In this document: in pieces, positions 9,792 to 20,469 of the stretch
Layout: each line of letters begins with the position of its first letter
How positions within the stretch are numbered: position 1 is the stretch's first letter
Source: an uncultured Bacillota bacterium
Lineage (GTDB): Bacteria > Sysuimicrobiota > Sysuimicrobiia > Sysuimicrobiales > Segetimicrobiaceae
Assembly: GCA_963804645.1 (NCBI GenBank)
Contig: CAWDRG010000002.1
Location: forward strand, 128,001-192,000
Length of the DNA stretch: 64,000 bases
Direction: 5' to 3'
The notes under the pieces: model-generated
Database searches by the model: none
Told to the model about the DNA's origin: nothing
The model's input: only the letters and a program-made list of their open reading frames with translations
Translations under genes and position numbers: made by a program

Positions 9792-9820
9792 ATTCTAGCA
9801 GACGGCGGCCGTGCGTACAA
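9792..9820 (-). promoter_or_regulatory. Sigma70-type promoter of the peptide ABC operon
   Basis: TTGTAC-17 bp-TAGAAT with extended -10 TG. Confidence 0.65.
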
Positions 9821-9930
9821 CGGTGAGACGGACCGGCGCCGGGGCGCGTCGAACCGGAGCGCTGAGATGACGACGCGACGGTGGAGTGGGCGTCACCTGC
9901 GGGCGTGCGGCGCGGCCGGCGGCGCAGGGC

Positions 9931-10437
9931 TTAGGGCGGTGTGTCCGTGCGCTCCGCCGCGGCCCGGATCGGGCCGGCGAGGCGGTCGAACGTCGCGGTG
10001 AGATCCTCGGGCAGCACCTTGGTCTCGCCGAGGACCGGCATGAAGTTGGTGTCGCCGACCCATCGGGGCACGACGTGCAGATGGAGATGGTCGTCGATGC
10101 CGGCGCCGGCCGCGCGGCCGAGGTTCATCCCGGCGTTGTAGCCCTCGGGCCGGTACACTTCGGTGGCCGCCTGCATCGCGGCCGTCATGAGGTGGAACAC
10201 CTCGAGGCGCTCCTCGTCCGTCAGCTGATCGGGACGCGCCACGTGGCGGTGCGGCACGATCATCAAGTGGCCCGAGTTGTAGGGGAAGGCGTTCAGGATG
10301 ACGTAGGCGCGGCGGCCCTGATACAGGATCCCGTGCTCGCGGTCGCGCCCCTCGCGCGGCAGCGTGCAGAAGATGCATCCCTCGGTCCGCGCCGCCTTAA
10401 TGTACTGCAACCTCCAGGGCGCCCACAGGTGCTTCAC
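9931..10437 (-). CDS. HIT family (FHIT-like) nucleotide hydrolase
   Basis: [35 protein letters not shown]. Confidence 0.93.
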   Translation of the reverse strand: MKHLWAPWRLQYIKAARTEGCIFCTLPREGRDREHGILYQGRRAYVILNAFPYNSGHLMIVPHRHVARPDQLTDEERLEVFHLMTAAMQAATEVYRPEGYNAGMNLGRAAGAGIDDHLHLHVVPRWVGDTNFMPVLGETKVLPEDLTATFDRLAGPIRAAAERTDTPP

Positions 10438-11156
10438 CCGGCCTGGCTGCGCCGGAGCTGCACGAGCGCCTCCTGCGCGGCCGCCTGCTCGGCCTCCTTC
10501 TTGCTGCGGCCCCGTCCCTCGCCCAGCACCCGCCCGCTCACCTCTACGACCGCGACGAACATCCGGCTGTGATCCGGACCTTCCTGGCCGGTGATGCGGT
10601 ACCGCGGCAGCCGCCGCTCGCGCTGCTGGACGAGTTCTTGTAATTGGCTCTTGTGGTCGCCCTCGCCGGGCTCCTCGAGCCGGGACAGGTCCTCCGCGAA
10701 CCAGCGCATCACGCAGTGATGCGCCACCCCATAGCCGGAATCGACGTACACCGCCCCGACCACCGCTTCCAGCACGTCGGCGAGCAGCGACGCGCGCGCC
10801 CGCCCGCCGCCTTTCTCTTCGCCGCGGCCGAGGACGAGGTACCGCCCGAGGTCGAGCTGGCGCGCGACGTGCGCGAGCGGGCCTTCGCTGACGACCGAGG
10901 CGCGCAGCCGGGCGAGGTCGCCTTCGAGGCGGGTCGGAAACACCCGGTACAGGTGGTCGCTGACCGCGAGGTTGAGGACGGCGTCGCCGAGGAACTCGAG
11001 GCGCTCATAGTTGTCGCCGTGTCGGCTCCGGGCCTCGGTACCGACCGAGCCGTGGACGAGGGCCGTGTGCAGGAGCGTGCGGTCGCGGAAGCGGATCTCG
11101 AGCCGGGTCTCCAACTCGACGAGTTGGGCCTCGCGCTCCGCCGACACCTCGGGCAC
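10434..11156 (-). CDS. rnc: Ribonuclease III
   Basis: [13 protein letters not shown] signature plus dsRBD (KSQLQE...[14 protein letters not shown]); GTG start after the fabF stop. Confidence 0.96.
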   Translation of the reverse strand: MPEVSAEREAQLVELETRLEIRFRDRTLLHTALVHGSVGTEARSRHGDNYERLEFLGDAVLNLAVSDHLYRVFPTRLEGDLARLRASVVSEGPLAHVARQLDLGRYLVLGRGEEKGGGRARASLLADVLEAVVGAVYVDSGYGVAHHCVMRWFAEDLSRLEEPGEGDHKSQLQELVQQRERRLPRYRITGQEGPDHSRMFVAVVEVSGRVLGEGRGRSKKEAEQAAAQEALVQLRRSQAG

Positions 11157-11158
11157 GA

Positions 11159-12397
11159 TCAGGACGGCCTCCGCGCAACCAGGATGGCGTTGTGGCCGCC
11201 GAACCCGAACGCGTTCGACATGGCGACGTCGATCTTCGCGGCCCGCGGGACGTTGGGGACGTAGTCCAGGTCGCAGGCGGGGTCCGGGACCTCGTAGTTG
11301 ATCGTTGGCGGGATCGTCCCCCGCTCGATCGCGAGCGCGCACGTGATCAGCTCGACGCCGCCCGCGGCCCCGAGCAGGTGCGCCGTCATCGACTTGGTCG
11401 AGCTCACCGGGATCCGCGGCGCCCATGACCCGAAGGCGCGCTTGATCGCCAGCGTCTCGAACTTGTCGTTGTACGGGGTGCTCGTCCCGTGCGCGTTGAT
11501 GTAGCCGACCTCGGCCGGCTCGATGCCGGCGTCCCGCAGCGCCATGTCGATGGCGACCACGGCGCCGTCACCCTCCGGATCCGGCATCGTGATGTGAAAC
11601 GCGTCGGCGCTCATCCCGTAGCCCGCGAGCTCCGCGTAAATTCGGGCGCCGCGGCGCTCGGCGTGCTCCCAAGCCTCGAGCACCACGACGCCGGCGCCCT
11701 CGCCCATCACGAACCCGTCGCGCCCGAGGTCGAACGGCCGCGAGGCGCGCGCCGGCGCGTCGTTGCGCAGGCTGAGCGCCTTCATGTTGCAGAATCCGGC
11801 GAGGCTGAGCGGCGTGATCGCCGCCTCCGACCCGCCGCAGATCATCGCGTCGGCGTCGCCGTGCTGGATGATCCGGGCCGCCTCGCCGACCGCGTGCCCG
11901 CCGGTCGCGCACGCGGACACCACGGAAAAATTCGGTCCGCGGGCGCCGACTTGGATGCTGACGATGCCCGACGCCATGTCGACGATCATCATCGGGGCGA
12001 AGAACGGGCTCACGCGGCTGGGCCCCCGCGTGCGGAGGATGTCGTACTGCTCTTCCCACGTGTGGGCGCCGCCGATCCCGGACCCGATCACGACCCCGAC
12101 CCGGTTCCGGTTCTGCGGGGTAATCGCGAGCTGCGTGTCCTCGAGCGCGAGGCGCGCCGCGGCGACCGCGAGATGCACGAACCGGTCGTTCCGCCGCACT
12201 TCCTTCTTGTCCAGGTACGCCGTCGCGTCGAAGTCCGTGCACTCGGCGCCGATCTTGCAGTCGTAGTCGGTCACGTCAAACGACGAGATCCGGGCCACGC
12301 CGCTTCGGCCCTCCATCAGCGCGTTCCAAAACGGATCCTTGCCGATGCCGATGGGGCTGACCACACCCACACCGGTGATCGCTACGCGTCGCCGCAT
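11159..12397 (-). CDS. fabF: 3-oxoacyl-ACP synthase II
   Basis: [46 protein letters not shown]. Confidence 0.97.
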   Translation of the reverse strand: MRRRVAITGVGVVSPIGIGKDPFWNALMEGRSGVARISSFDVTDYDCKIGAECTDFDATAYLDKKEVRRNDRFVHLAVAAARLALEDTQLAITPQNRNRVGVVIGSGIGGAHTWEEQYDILRTRGPSRVSPFFAPMMIVDMASGIVSIQVGARGPNFSVVSACATGGHAVGEAARIIQHGDADAMICGGSEAAITPLSLAGFCNMKALSLRNDAPARASRPFDLGRDGFVMGEGAGVVVLEAWEHAERRGARIYAELAGYGMSADAFHITMPDPEGDGAVVAIDMALRDAGIEPAEVGYINAHGTSTPYNDKFETLAIKRAFGSWAPRIPVSSTKSMTAHLLGAAGGVELITCALAIERGTIPPTINYEVPDPACDLDYVPNVPRAAKIDVAMSNAFGFGGHNAILVARRPS

Positions 12398-12445
12398 CGC
12401 TGCTCCATCACTGAGGCGTCTCGCGGCGCGCCGCGCCGCGGGGAC

Positions 12446-12694
12446 CTACGTGGCGGGAGCCTCGGCGTGGCTTTCGATGTAGCTAACCGCTTCGCCGACG
12501 GTCGCGATCTTCTCCGCGTCCTCGTCGGGGATCTCCAGATCGAACTCTTCCTCGAGCGCCATCACGAGTTCGACGACGTCGAGCGAGTCCGCCCCAAGGT
12601 CCTCGACGAACTTCGACTGCGGCGTCACCGCGCTGGCCTCGACGCCCAACTGCTCCACCACGATCGCCTTCACTCGATCGAACACCGGTGCCAT
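12446..12694 (-). CDS. acpP: Acyl carrier protein
   Basis: [20 protein letters not shown]. Confidence 0.97.
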   Translation of the reverse strand: MAPVFDRVKAIVVEQLGVEASAVTPQSKFVEDLGADSLDVVELVMALEEEFDLEIPDEDAEKIATVGEAVSYIESHAEAPAT

Positions 12695-12770
12695 CCGCGA
12701 CCACCTCCGTAGTCTTCCGTCCCGCGGGGCGCGCCGCGCCCCGCGGGGGGGTCCCCCCGCGCCGGCGCCG

Positions 12771-13517
12771 CTACCGCATCACGGTTCCGCCGTCGACGTT
12801 CAACACCTGCCCCGTAATGTACGACGCCTCGTCCGATGCCAGAAACGCCACCGCGGCGGCGATCTCCTCCGGCCGCCCGGTCCGGCCCATCGCGCAGTTC
12901 CTGAGCACGCGGGTGCGCTGCTCCTCGGTCATCCCCGCGGTCAGCCCGGTTTCGATGTACCCGGGCGCGACGGCGTTGACGGTGATGCCGCGCCCCGCGA
13001 CCTCCCACGCCACCGCCTTGGTGAACCCGATCACCCCGGCCTTTGCCGCGATGTAGTTCGCCTGCCCGGGGTTTCCTACCTCTGCGACGATCGACGTGAT
13101 GTTGATGATCCGGCCGCGGCGCTGCCGCACCATCTCGCGCAGCACGGCGCGCGTGCAGTAAAAGGTGCCGTGCAGGTTGATCGCGACGATCTCGTGCCAG
13201 TCCTCGTCCTTCATCCGGAGCGCGAGCCCGTCCTTGGTCAGGCCGGCGTTGTTAACCAGCACGTCCAGCCGGCCCCGCCACTCCAGCGCCTCGGCGCACA
13301 TCGCCCGGCAGGACTCGGAGGATTCGATCTCGGCCTGCACCATGTGGCCCTCGGATCCGGCCGCTTCGATCTGCCGCAGCGTCTCCTCCACCCCGGGCAC
13401 GTTGCGGTGGTAGTGGGCGACCACCGCGGCGCCGTCCCGGGCGAGCCGGACGGCGATCGCGCGGCCGATGCCGCTCGAGGCGCCGGTCACCAGCGCCACA
13501 CGGGCGTCGGCGCTCAT
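12771..13517 (-). CDS. fabG: 3-oxoacyl-ACP reductase
   Basis: [32 protein letters not shown]. Confidence 0.95.
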   Translation of the reverse strand: MSADARVALVTGASSGIGRAIAVRLARDGAAVVAHYHRNVPGVEETLRQIEAAGSEGHMVQAEIESSESCRAMCAEALEWRGRLDVLVNNAGLTKDGLALRMKDEDWHEIVAINLHGTFYCTRAVLREMVRQRRGRIINITSIVAEVGNPGQANYIAAKAGVIGFTKAVAWEVAGRGITVNAVAPGYIETGLTAGMTEEQRTRVLRNCAMGRTGRPEEIAAAVAFLASDEASYITGQVLNVDGGTVMR

Positions 13518-14446
13518 CCGACGGCCTCCGCCGCGAGCGCGGCCGCGGTGGCATCGCGCGACTCGAGGTCCTCGACGTGGTACACGTCCGCGTCGACCGT
13601 CCGGCGGATCATGCCGCCGAGCGTCCGGCCCGGTCCCATCTCGACGAACCGGCGCACCCCGGCGGCGTACATCGCCCGCACGGACTGCTCCCACAGCACC
13701 GGCGAGGCCACCTGCGCGAGGAGGGACGCCCGGATGTCTTCCGGCGATTGGACCGGGAGGGCGGACGCGTTCGCAAACACGGGGATGCGTGCCCGGCGGA
13801 CCGGCAGCGCGGCCAGGGCCGGCGCGAGCCGATCGGCCGCCGGGCGCATCAGGCGTGTATGAAACGGCGCGCTCACGTCGAGCGACAGCGCCCGGCGCGC
13901 GCCCAGCCCGCGCGCCGTCTCGAGCGCCGCGCGCACCGCGGGCACCTCGCCGCCGATTACGACCTGTCCCGGACTGTTGAAGTTCGACGGCTCCACGACG
14001 CCCAGGTGCGCGTGCGGCGCGCACGCCTCGGCGACCTGCTCAAACGTCAGCCCCATCACGACCGCCATCATAGTCTCGCGCCCCGCGCACGCCTCCTGCA
14101 TGTACATCCCCCGCAGCCGAACCAGCCGCACGGCGTCCTCGAGGTCGATCGCCCCCGCGCACACACACGCGGAGTACTCTCCAAGGCTCAACCCGGCGGC
14201 GCACGCCGGTTCAAACGGAATCGCAGCCAGACACGCGAGGCTCGTGACGAGGATCGCCGGTTGGGTATTCGCGGTCGCGCGAAGGGCTTCCTTCGGTCCG
14301 TCGCTGCAGAGGGCCAGCAGGTCGATGCCGAGCGCCGCGCTCGCCCGGGTGAAGACGTCCCGCGAGGCGGCGCAGTGGTCCGCGAGTTCCCGTCCCATGC
14401 CGACGTACTGGGCCCCTTGACCGGGAAAGACCGCGGCGGTGCGCAC
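13514..14446 (-). CDS. fabD: Malonyl-CoA:ACP transacylase
   Basis: FPGQGAQ, GLSLGEY, VSAPFH, EMGPG. Confidence 0.95.
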   Translation of the reverse strand: MRTAAVFPGQGAQYVGMGRELADHCAASRDVFTRASAALGIDLLALCSDGPKEALRATANTQPAILVTSLACLAAIPFEPACAAGLSLGEYSACVCAGAIDLEDAVRLVRLRGMYMQEACAGRETMMAVVMGLTFEQVAEACAPHAHLGVVEPSNFNSPGQVVIGGEVPAVRAALETARGLGARRALSLDVSAPFHTRLMRPAADRLAPALAALPVRRARIPVFANASALPVQSPEDIRASLLAQVASPVLWEQSVRAMYAAGVRRFVEMGPGRTLGGMIRRTVDADVYHVEDLESRDATAAALAAEAVG

Positions 14447-14450
14447 CGAC

Positions 14451-15497
14451 TCAGTCAGCGGAACTGCCTTCGGAAGACGTCGCCGGCACCGCCAGGCGTC
14501 CGACCTCCTCGCGGATCGCCGCGACCATCCCCGCGCGGACCGTGTCCACGGCCAGCGCCACGGCGGCGCGCATCGCCTTCGCCCTCGAGCTGCCGTGTCC
14601 GATGATGCACACCCCGTTGACGCCGAGGAGCGGCGCCCCGCCGTATTCGGTATAGTCCATCCGCCGCCGGACCGCGTGCAGTCCCGGCAGGGCCAGGGCC
14701 GCGCCCAGCTTGACGCGCACCGTGCGCCGCAGCTCTTCCCGCAGCAGTGCGAAGATGCCGAGCGCCAGTCCCTCCCCGAACTTCAGCACGACGTTGCCGA
14801 CGAACCCGTCGCAGACCACCACGTCCGCGCTGTGATCGAAGAACTCGCGGCCCTCGACGTTGCCGATAAACCGCAGGCCCGACGCCCGCAGGAGTTCCGC
14901 GGCGCGAATCACGAGCTCGTTCCCTTTCGTCTCCTCGGCGCCGTTGCTGAGCACGCCGACCCGAGGAGACGCTACGCCGAGCACGCGCGCCGCGTACACG
15001 CTCCCCATTACCGCGAACTGCAGCAGGTGTTTCGGCCGGCAGTCGACGTTCGCGCCGACATCCACGAGGATGGCCCGGCCGCGGGTGGTCGGGAGCACCG
15101 CCGCGATCGCGGGCCGATCGATCCCTTCGATCCGTCCGAGGCCCAGGAGCGCGGCCGCCATCGCGGCGCCAGTGTTCCCGGCGCTGACCATCGCGTCGGC
15201 CTCGCCCCGCCGGACGAGTTCCACCGCGACCGGGATCGACGCCCGCCGCTTGCGGCGCAGCGCCATCGCCGGGGCTTCGGCCATGTCGATGACGTCGGGG
15301 GCTTCTTCGATCCGGACGTCCCGCTCGGCTTCGAGCGCGCGGACCTCCGCCTCGAGGATGCGCGTCGGTCCGACCAGGATCACCTCGACGTCAAGGTCCC
15401 GGGCCGCCTGCACCGCGCCCTGGACCACCTCCCGCGGGGCGTGATCGCCGCCCATCGCGTCGACCGCCACGCGCGGCCTGCTCCGCTCGGTGTCCAT
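14451..15497 (-). CDS. plsX: Phosphate acyltransferase PlsX
   Basis: VAVDAMGGDHAP, SAGNTGA, DVGAN, CDGFVGN, YGGAPLLG. Confidence 0.96.
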   Translation of the reverse strand: MDTERSRPRVAVDAMGGDHAPREVVQGAVQAARDLDVEVILVGPTRILEAEVRALEAERDVRIEEAPDVIDMAEAPAMALRRKRRASIPVAVELVRRGEADAMVSAGNTGAAMAAALLGLGRIEGIDRPAIAAVLPTTRGRAILVDVGANVDCRPKHLLQFAVMGSVYAARVLGVASPRVGVLSNGAEETKGNELVIRAAELLRASGLRFIGNVEGREFFDHSADVVVCDGFVGNVVLKFGEGLALGIFALLREELRRTVRVKLGAALALPGLHAVRRRMDYTEYGGAPLLGVNGVCIIGHGSSRAKAMRAAVALAVDTVRAGMVAAIREEVGRLAVPATSSEGSSAD

Positions 15498-15517
15498 CCC
15501 GCAGCGGGTCCCGCTCG

Positions 15518-15715
15518 TCAGGCGCCGGACCGTTCCTCGGTCCGCACGTCGATCACCTGGCGGCCCGCATACGAGCCGCACGTCGGGCACACGCGGTGGG
15601 GCCGCATCGGCGCGTGACACTTCGGGCAGTTCACGAGCGTCACGGGGTGCACCTTGAAGTTCGCCCGCCGCTTCGCCGTCCGTGCCTTGCTGAACCGCCG
15701 CTTGGTGAGTCCCAT
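15518..15715 (-). CDS. rpmF: 50S ribosomal protein L32 (Zn-ribbon form)
   Basis: KRRFSKART.KRR, CPKC...PHRVCPTCG.Y. Confidence 0.95.
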   Translation of the reverse strand: MGLTKRRFSKARTAKRRANFKVHPVTLVNCPKCHAPMRPHRVCPTCGSYAGRQVIDVRTEERSGA

Positions 15716-15729
15716 CGGTCACGCTCCTT

Positions 15730-16344
15730 TTATCGGTCCGCGCCGCGCCGCCGCGCGCCGGACTTGCCCGCGCGGTCGCCGCTCCGTCCGCTCCATCCTT
15801 CGAGCGCCTGCAGCCGGGGATCGATCCCCACGGTGTCGCAGCCGCACGTCCCCGCGTTCCGGTCCGCGCCGCATCGCGGGCACAGACCCCGACAGTCCGA
15901 TGAACAGCGCGGGGCGATCGGTAAGGCGAGGACGAGGTGCTGCCGCACGACCTCGGTCAGATCGATCATGTCGCCCGGCTCGATCGGCATCAGAAAGGCC
16001 TCGGGGCCGAGCGGCTCGCCCGACGGCGTGTGCTCGCCGGGGCCGCCGCGGGAGAACTCCTCATCGATGGTGACCTCGAGCGGCTGCTCAAACGGCCGCA
16101 GGCACGCCCCGCACACCAGCGCCACCCGCGTCGCGACGCGCCCGTCGACCCGGATCATCGGACCGGCGCGGCTCAGCACCAGTTCACCGCTCACCGGCTC
16201 GCTGGCCGCCGCGTCCTCGGCGAGCGTTCCCAGCCGCTCGGAGAACGCCACCGCCCGCGCCGTTTCTCGGCCCGCGAGCAGATCCCCGACATACGCGCGC
16301 ACGTCCCACCTCACGCCGCGTGCCCGGGCAGACACCCCGGGCAC
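15730..16344 (-). CDS. yceD: YceD/DUF177 family protein
   Basis: CGACL, IDLTE.VRQ...LALP, C..DCRGLCPRCG..RN...CGC, DPRL; upstream of rpmF; start approximate. Confidence 0.9.
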   Translation of the reverse strand: MPGVSARARGVRWDVRAYVGDLLAGRETARAVAFSERLGTLAEDAAASEPVSGELVLSRAGPMIRVDGRVATRVALVCGACLRPFEQPLEVTIDEEFSRGGPGEHTPSGEPLGPEAFLMPIEPGDMIDLTEVVRQHLVLALPIAPRCSSDCRGLCPRCGADRNAGTCGCDTVGIDPRLQALEGWSGRSGDRAGKSGARRRGADR

Positions 16345-16352
16345 ACCGGTTC

Positions 16353-16382
16353 ATTATACGGAGGCCATTTTCTCGTTGTCAA
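16353..16382 (-). promoter_or_regulatory. Consensus sigma70 promoter for yceD-rpmF-plsX-fab
   Basis: TTGACA-18 bp-TATAAT, embedded in the 3' end of the upstream ORF. Confidence 0.8.
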
Positions 16383-16875
16383 GGCGCGTCGACGTGCTGC
16401 CGCCGCCTGTGCGCTCGCCGAGAATCGCTTTGCCCCGCCGGACCGTCGTCACGACCCGCGAGACCTCGGCGTCGAGCCGCTCGAACACGCCAAGCGCGTA
16501 GACGTCCGCCGACCGGCGCATTTCGTCCGCTTCCCGATTCGCGACCGCGCGGATGTCCCGCGCCTCGCGCTCAGCCTCGCGGACGACGTCCGCGTCGGCG
16601 TTGGCGCGCGTGCGCTCCTGGGCGTCCGCCGTGAGGCGCCGCGCCTCCTCCTGCGCGCGCCGCAGCACCGCGTCGGCCTCCGCCTGCGCCTGGGCGAGCC
16701 GGCCCACCTCCTTGGCCAGCAGCGCGCGCGCTTCGTGCAGGACCTGGCGGGCTTCATCGCGCCGGCCCGAGCCGCCAAGGCCGAACCACGACCCGCGCGA
16801 GTCGAGTAGCGCCTCGAGCCGATCGAGGCAGTGGTCGACGGACGGGGTCGCCGGTCGATCAGTACGTAGGGGCAT
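16354..16875 (-). CDS. Conserved coiled-coil protein (DivIVA/ATP synthase b-like) between coaD and yceD
   Basis: AEAD.VL.RA.EEA heptads, ADVYA...F.RL; this syntenic position is typical of Firmicutes/Actinobacteria. Confidence 0.7.
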   Translation of the reverse strand: MPLRTDRPATPSVDHCLDRLEALLDSRGSWFGLGGSGRRDEARQVLHEARALLAKEVGRLAQAQAEADAVLRRAQEEARRLTADAQERTRANADADVVREAEREARDIRAVANREADEMRRSADVYALGVFERLDAEVSRVVTTVRRGKAILGERTGGGSTSTRLDNEKMASV

Positions 16876-16881
16876 CCACGC

Positions 16882-17379
16882 TCACCTCGCCTGTGGGTGT
16901 GTCATGCGGTGCAAACGCCTGGCCACGCCGTCGGGCACGAGGCCCGCGACGGAACCGCCAAATCCCGACACCTCGCGAATCAGGGTAGAGCTGAGGTACG
17001 CGAACTCCGGGCTCGTCATCATGAACACCGTCTCGATCTCCGGACGCAGCCGCTTGTTCATCGCCGCCATCTTGAGCTCGAACTCGAAATCCATCATCGC
17101 CCGGAGGCCCTTGACGATGACGCGGGCGCCGATCTGGTACGCAAACTCCACGGTCAGCCCGTCGAACCGCCGCACCTCTACGCGCGCGCGCCGGCCGACC
17201 GCCGCCCGCAGCATCGCGATGCGGTCCTCGACGGGAAACAGCGCCTGCTTCTCCACGTTCGTCGCGACCCCGATCACGACCTGACGGAACATCTCGCGGG
17301 CCCGGAAGATGATGTCGAGATGGCCGTTGTGCACGGGGTCGAAGCTCCCGGGGTACAGCACCGCCCCCGTTCGGATCAT
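16882..17379 (-). CDS. coaD: Phosphopantetheine adenylyltransferase
   Basis: LYPGSFDPVHNGHLDII, KGLRA..DFEFE, LSSTLIRE. Confidence 0.96.
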   Translation of the reverse strand: MIRTGAVLYPGSFDPVHNGHLDIIFRAREMFRQVVIGVATNVEKQALFPVEDRIAMLRAAVGRRARVEVRRFDGLTVEFAYQIGARVIVKGLRAMMDFEFELKMAAMNKRLRPEIETVFMMTSPEFAYLSSTLIREVSGFGGSVAGLVPDGVARRLHRMTHPQAR

Positions 17380-17936
17380 CACGACCCCTCGGCGGTCTCG
17401 TAGTACCAGACGGCGGTCTCTCCATAGCGGGCCGTCCGGGTGCGGCGGAGCCCCTCGATCTCGCCCGGGTCGTCGCGCCAATGGCCCTCCGCGACCGCGA
17501 CGCCGCCCGGGGCCAGCGCCCCCGACGCAGCGATCGCGCGCAGGGTCCGGCCGCCGAGTTCTTGGCCGTACGGCGGATCGAGCACGATCACATCGAACCG
17601 CGCGCCCGCGGCCGCGAGCGACGCCACCTCCGTCACCGCGTTGGCCCGGCGTACCTGGCCGCGCCCCTCGAGCCGCGCGGCGCGGAGGTTGTCCCGGATC
17701 GCCGCCGCGCTGCGCGCGTCGCGCTCCACGAACACCGCGGTGTCGGCGCCGCGGCTCAGCGCCTCGATGCCGAGCCCACCCGCCCCGGCGAACAGGTCTA
17801 GGACGCGCGCCCGCTCGAGGCGAGGCGCCAGGGCGTTGAACACGGCTTCCTTCACCATATCGGAGGTGGGACGGGTCGCGGCGCGCGACGCGGTCTTGAG
17901 GCGCGTGCCCTTCGCGAGACCGGCGGTGACGCGCAT
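17379..17936 (-). CDS. rsmD: 16S rRNA m2G966 methyltransferase
   Basis: MRVTAG.AKG, TRPTSD.VKEA.FN, LDLFAGAG, DPPY. Confidence 0.95.
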   Translation of the reverse strand: MRVTAGLAKGTRLKTASRAATRPTSDMVKEAVFNALAPRLERARVLDLFAGAGGLGIEALSRGADTAVFVERDARSAAAIRDNLRAARLEGRGQVRRANAVTEVASLAAAGARFDVIVLDPPYGQELGGRTLRAIAASGALAPGGVAVAEGHWRDDPGEIEGLRRTRTARYGETAVWYYETAEGS

Positions 17937-17939
17937 CGG

Positions 17940-20120
17940 CTACCCCACCCTCGCGTTTTCGGGCTGCGCCGCCCCGAATCGGATGCCCAGCGCCCACGCG
18001 ACGCCCCGGTGCTCCGGGTCCCGCAGCTCCGGGTCCGCGGCGAGCAACTCCGCCCCGTCGTGGCGGGCCCGCTCCAGCCAGACCCGGTCCCGGACGAGGT
18101 TGGCCACCCGCAGGTCGGACATCCCGTGCTGGCGGCGATCGCCGAGCAGCTCGCCGATGCCGCGGAGCTCCAGGTCGCGCTCGGCGATCCGGAAGCCGTC
18201 GGTGGTCTCCAGCATCGCGTCCAGCCGGGCCTGCCCGTCCTCGGTCTTCGGATCGCTGACGAGGATGCACGACGACTGCGCCGTGCCCCGTCCGACGCGG
18301 CCGCGGAGCTGGTGCAGCTGCGAGAGCCCGAAGCGGTCCGCGTCTTCGATCACCATCAGCGTTGCGTTCGGGACATCGATCCCGACCTCGATGACGGTGG
18401 TCGCGACGAGCACCTGCGTGCGCCCCTCCCGGAGCGCCTCCATCGCGCGCTCGCGCTCGTCCACCCTCATCCGCCCGTGCAGCACGTCGACGCGCACCCC
18501 GCGGAGGATCGTGGCGCCGAGGCGCGCCGCGAGCTCGGTCGCCGCCTCGGCCTGGAGGTTGTCCGACTCCTCGATCAGCGGGCAGACCACGTACGCCTGC
18601 CGGCCCTGGGTCACCTGGTCGCGCACGTACTCGTAGATCCGGGGCCGCTGCGCGGTGGGACGCGCGTGCGTACGGACCGGCGAGCGCCCCGGGGGCAGCT
18701 CGTCCAGCACGGACACGTCGAGGTCACCGTACAGCGTGAGGGCGAGCGTGCGCGGGATCGGGGTCGCGGTCATCACGAGCACGTCCGGCCGCTCCCCTTT
18801 GTAGCGCAGCGCGGCACGCTGGGTCACGCCGAACCGGTGCTGCTCGTCGACGACCACGAGCCCCAGGCGTTGAAACGCCACGGCGTCCTCGATGAGCGCG
18901 TGGGTGCCGATGACGATGTCGGCCGCGCCGTCGCGCACCTGCTCGAGCGCCTCCTGCCGCGCCGCCCGGCTGAGCCCGCCGATCAGCAGCACGACGGTGA
19001 CCCCGAGGGGTTCCAGCAGCCGGCGGAGCGTGAGGTAGTGCTGCCCCGCCAGGATCTCGGTGGGCGCCATCAGCGCCCCCTGCGCCCCGCCGCCGACGCA
19101 GCGCAGCAGCGCCGAGGCGGCGACCACGGTCTTGCCGGACCCGACGTCGCCCTGCAGCAGGCGGTTCATGGGATGCCGGCGGTCGAGATCGTGCAGAATC
19201 TCCGTCGTGACCCGGTACTGGGCACCCGTCAGCGTGTACGGGAGGCTGCGCCGGAACCGTTCGACGAGTTCGCGGGCGTCGCCGTAGACCACGCCCCGCG
19301 GCTCCGCCTCCCGCGCCGCCTTCTGCCGCAGGAGCAGGATCTGGAACAGCAGGAGCTCCTCGTACACCAACCGGCGGCGCGCGGCCTGGTAGGCGTCGTC
19401 GCTCTCCGGAAAATGCGCCTGCCGGATCGACGCCGCGAGCTCGGGAAGCGCGTGGCGCGCCCGGAGTGCCGGCGGCAGCCACTCCGGCAGCGCGTCAGCG
19501 TGGTCGTCGAGGGCGCGCGACACGATCGTCCGGAGCGCCCGCTGCGTGAGGCCTTCGGTGCTGGCGTAGACGGGCACGATCCGCCCGACGTGCAGCGTCT
19601 CCTCGCCGGGTTCGATCACCTCGAACTCTGGCGCGGCGATCTGCACCTCGCCGCCCTGCCGCTGTACCCGGCCGTGCAGCACGACGCGCGCGCCCGCCGG
19701 GAGCTGGCGCACGATGTACGGCTGGTTGTACCACACGGCGTGGAGGATGCCCGATCCGTCCTGCAGGACCGCTTTAATGATGACGAGGCGGCGTCCCCGC
19801 GGACGGAACTGCCGGACCTGGACGACGGTCGCCTCGACCGTTTCCACCTGGCCGTGCTGGAGATCGTAGATGCGCCGGAGGTGGCTGCGGTCTTCCACGC
19901 GGCGCGGCAGGCGGAAGAGCAGGTCGGTGACGGTCAGGATACCGAGGCGCTTGAGGAGCTCGGCGCGCGCCGGCCCGACGCCGCGAGCGTACTGCACGGG
20001 AGACCCGGGGCCGATCGCCGGCGCGGAGGATGCCGGTTCGCGGGGACGCACCGGCGCGGGAGACGCGGGGGCCGCCTGGCGGGGTGCTGCCAGGGCCCTG
20101 CCCCTGCGTGCGTTCGCCAT
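17940..20120 (-). CDS. recG: ATP-dependent DNA helicase RecG
   Basis: RLLQGDVGSGKT, DEQHRFG, TATPIPRT, QLHQLRGRVGRG. Confidence 0.96.
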   Translation of the reverse strand: MANARRGRALAAPRQAAPASPAPVRPREPASSAPAIGPGSPVQYARGVGPARAELLKRLGILTVTDLLFRLPRRVEDRSHLRRIYDLQHGQVETVEATVVQVRQFRPRGRRLVIIKAVLQDGSGILHAVWYNQPYIVRQLPAGARVVLHGRVQRQGGEVQIAAPEFEVIEPGEETLHVGRIVPVYASTEGLTQRALRTIVSRALDDHADALPEWLPPALRARHALPELAASIRQAHFPESDDAYQAARRRLVYEELLLFQILLLRQKAAREAEPRGVVYGDARELVERFRRSLPYTLTGAQYRVTTEILHDLDRRHPMNRLLQGDVGSGKTVVAASALLRCVGGGAQGALMAPTEILAGQHYLTLRRLLEPLGVTVVLLIGGLSRAARQEALEQVRDGAADIVIGTHALIEDAVAFQRLGLVVVDEQHRFGVTQRAALRYKGERPDVLVMTATPIPRTLALTLYGDLDVSVLDELPPGRSPVRTHARPTAQRPRIYEYVRDQVTQGRQAYVVCPLIEESDNLQAEAATELAARLGATILRGVRVDVLHGRMRVDERERAMEALREGRTQVLVATTVIEVGIDVPNATLMVIEDADRFGLSQLHQLRGRVGRGTAQSSCILVSDPKTEDGQARLDAMLETTDGFRIAERDLELRGIGELLGDRRQHGMSDLRVANLVRDRVWLERARHDGAELLAADPELRDPEHRGVAWALGIRFGAAQPENARVG

Positions 20121-20211
20121 GCCGCCCGCCTCCTGCGTCGAAGTGCGCCGTCTCTCCGGGGCGTGCCTGGCCGGATGCGCCTTATCGAAAGACAGTTCTA
20201 CACCGCCACCG

Positions 20212-20241
20212 TTGCCCCTGCTCGCGGTCCTGTGGTACACT
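20212..20241 (+). promoter_or_regulatory. Putative rpmB promoter
   Basis: TTGCCC-18 bp-TACACT with extended -10 TG. Confidence 0.5.
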
Positions 20242-20274
20242 CATCTTCGGCATACTTAAACGGAGGACACCCTG

Positions 20275-20466
20275 ATGGCCCGTCGTTGCGCCGTGTGCGG
20301 CAAAGAGCCCGTCACCGGCAATCGCGTCAGTCACTCGCACCACAAGACGAAGCGGCGCTTCCTGCCCAACCTGCAGCGCGTCCGGGTGCTCCTGGACGGG
20401 TCGCCCAAGCGGACGCTCGTCTGCACCGCGTGTCTCAAAGCGGGCAAGGTCAAGCGCGTCGCCTGA
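20275..20466 (+). CDS. rpmB: 50S ribosomal protein L28
   Basis: [10 protein letters not shown]...[18 protein letters not shown]...CTACLK. Confidence 0.97.
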   Translation: MARRCAVCGKEPVTGNRVSHSHHKTKRRFLPNLQRVRVLLDGSPKRTLVCTACLKAGKVKRVA

Positions 20467-20469
20467 GCG

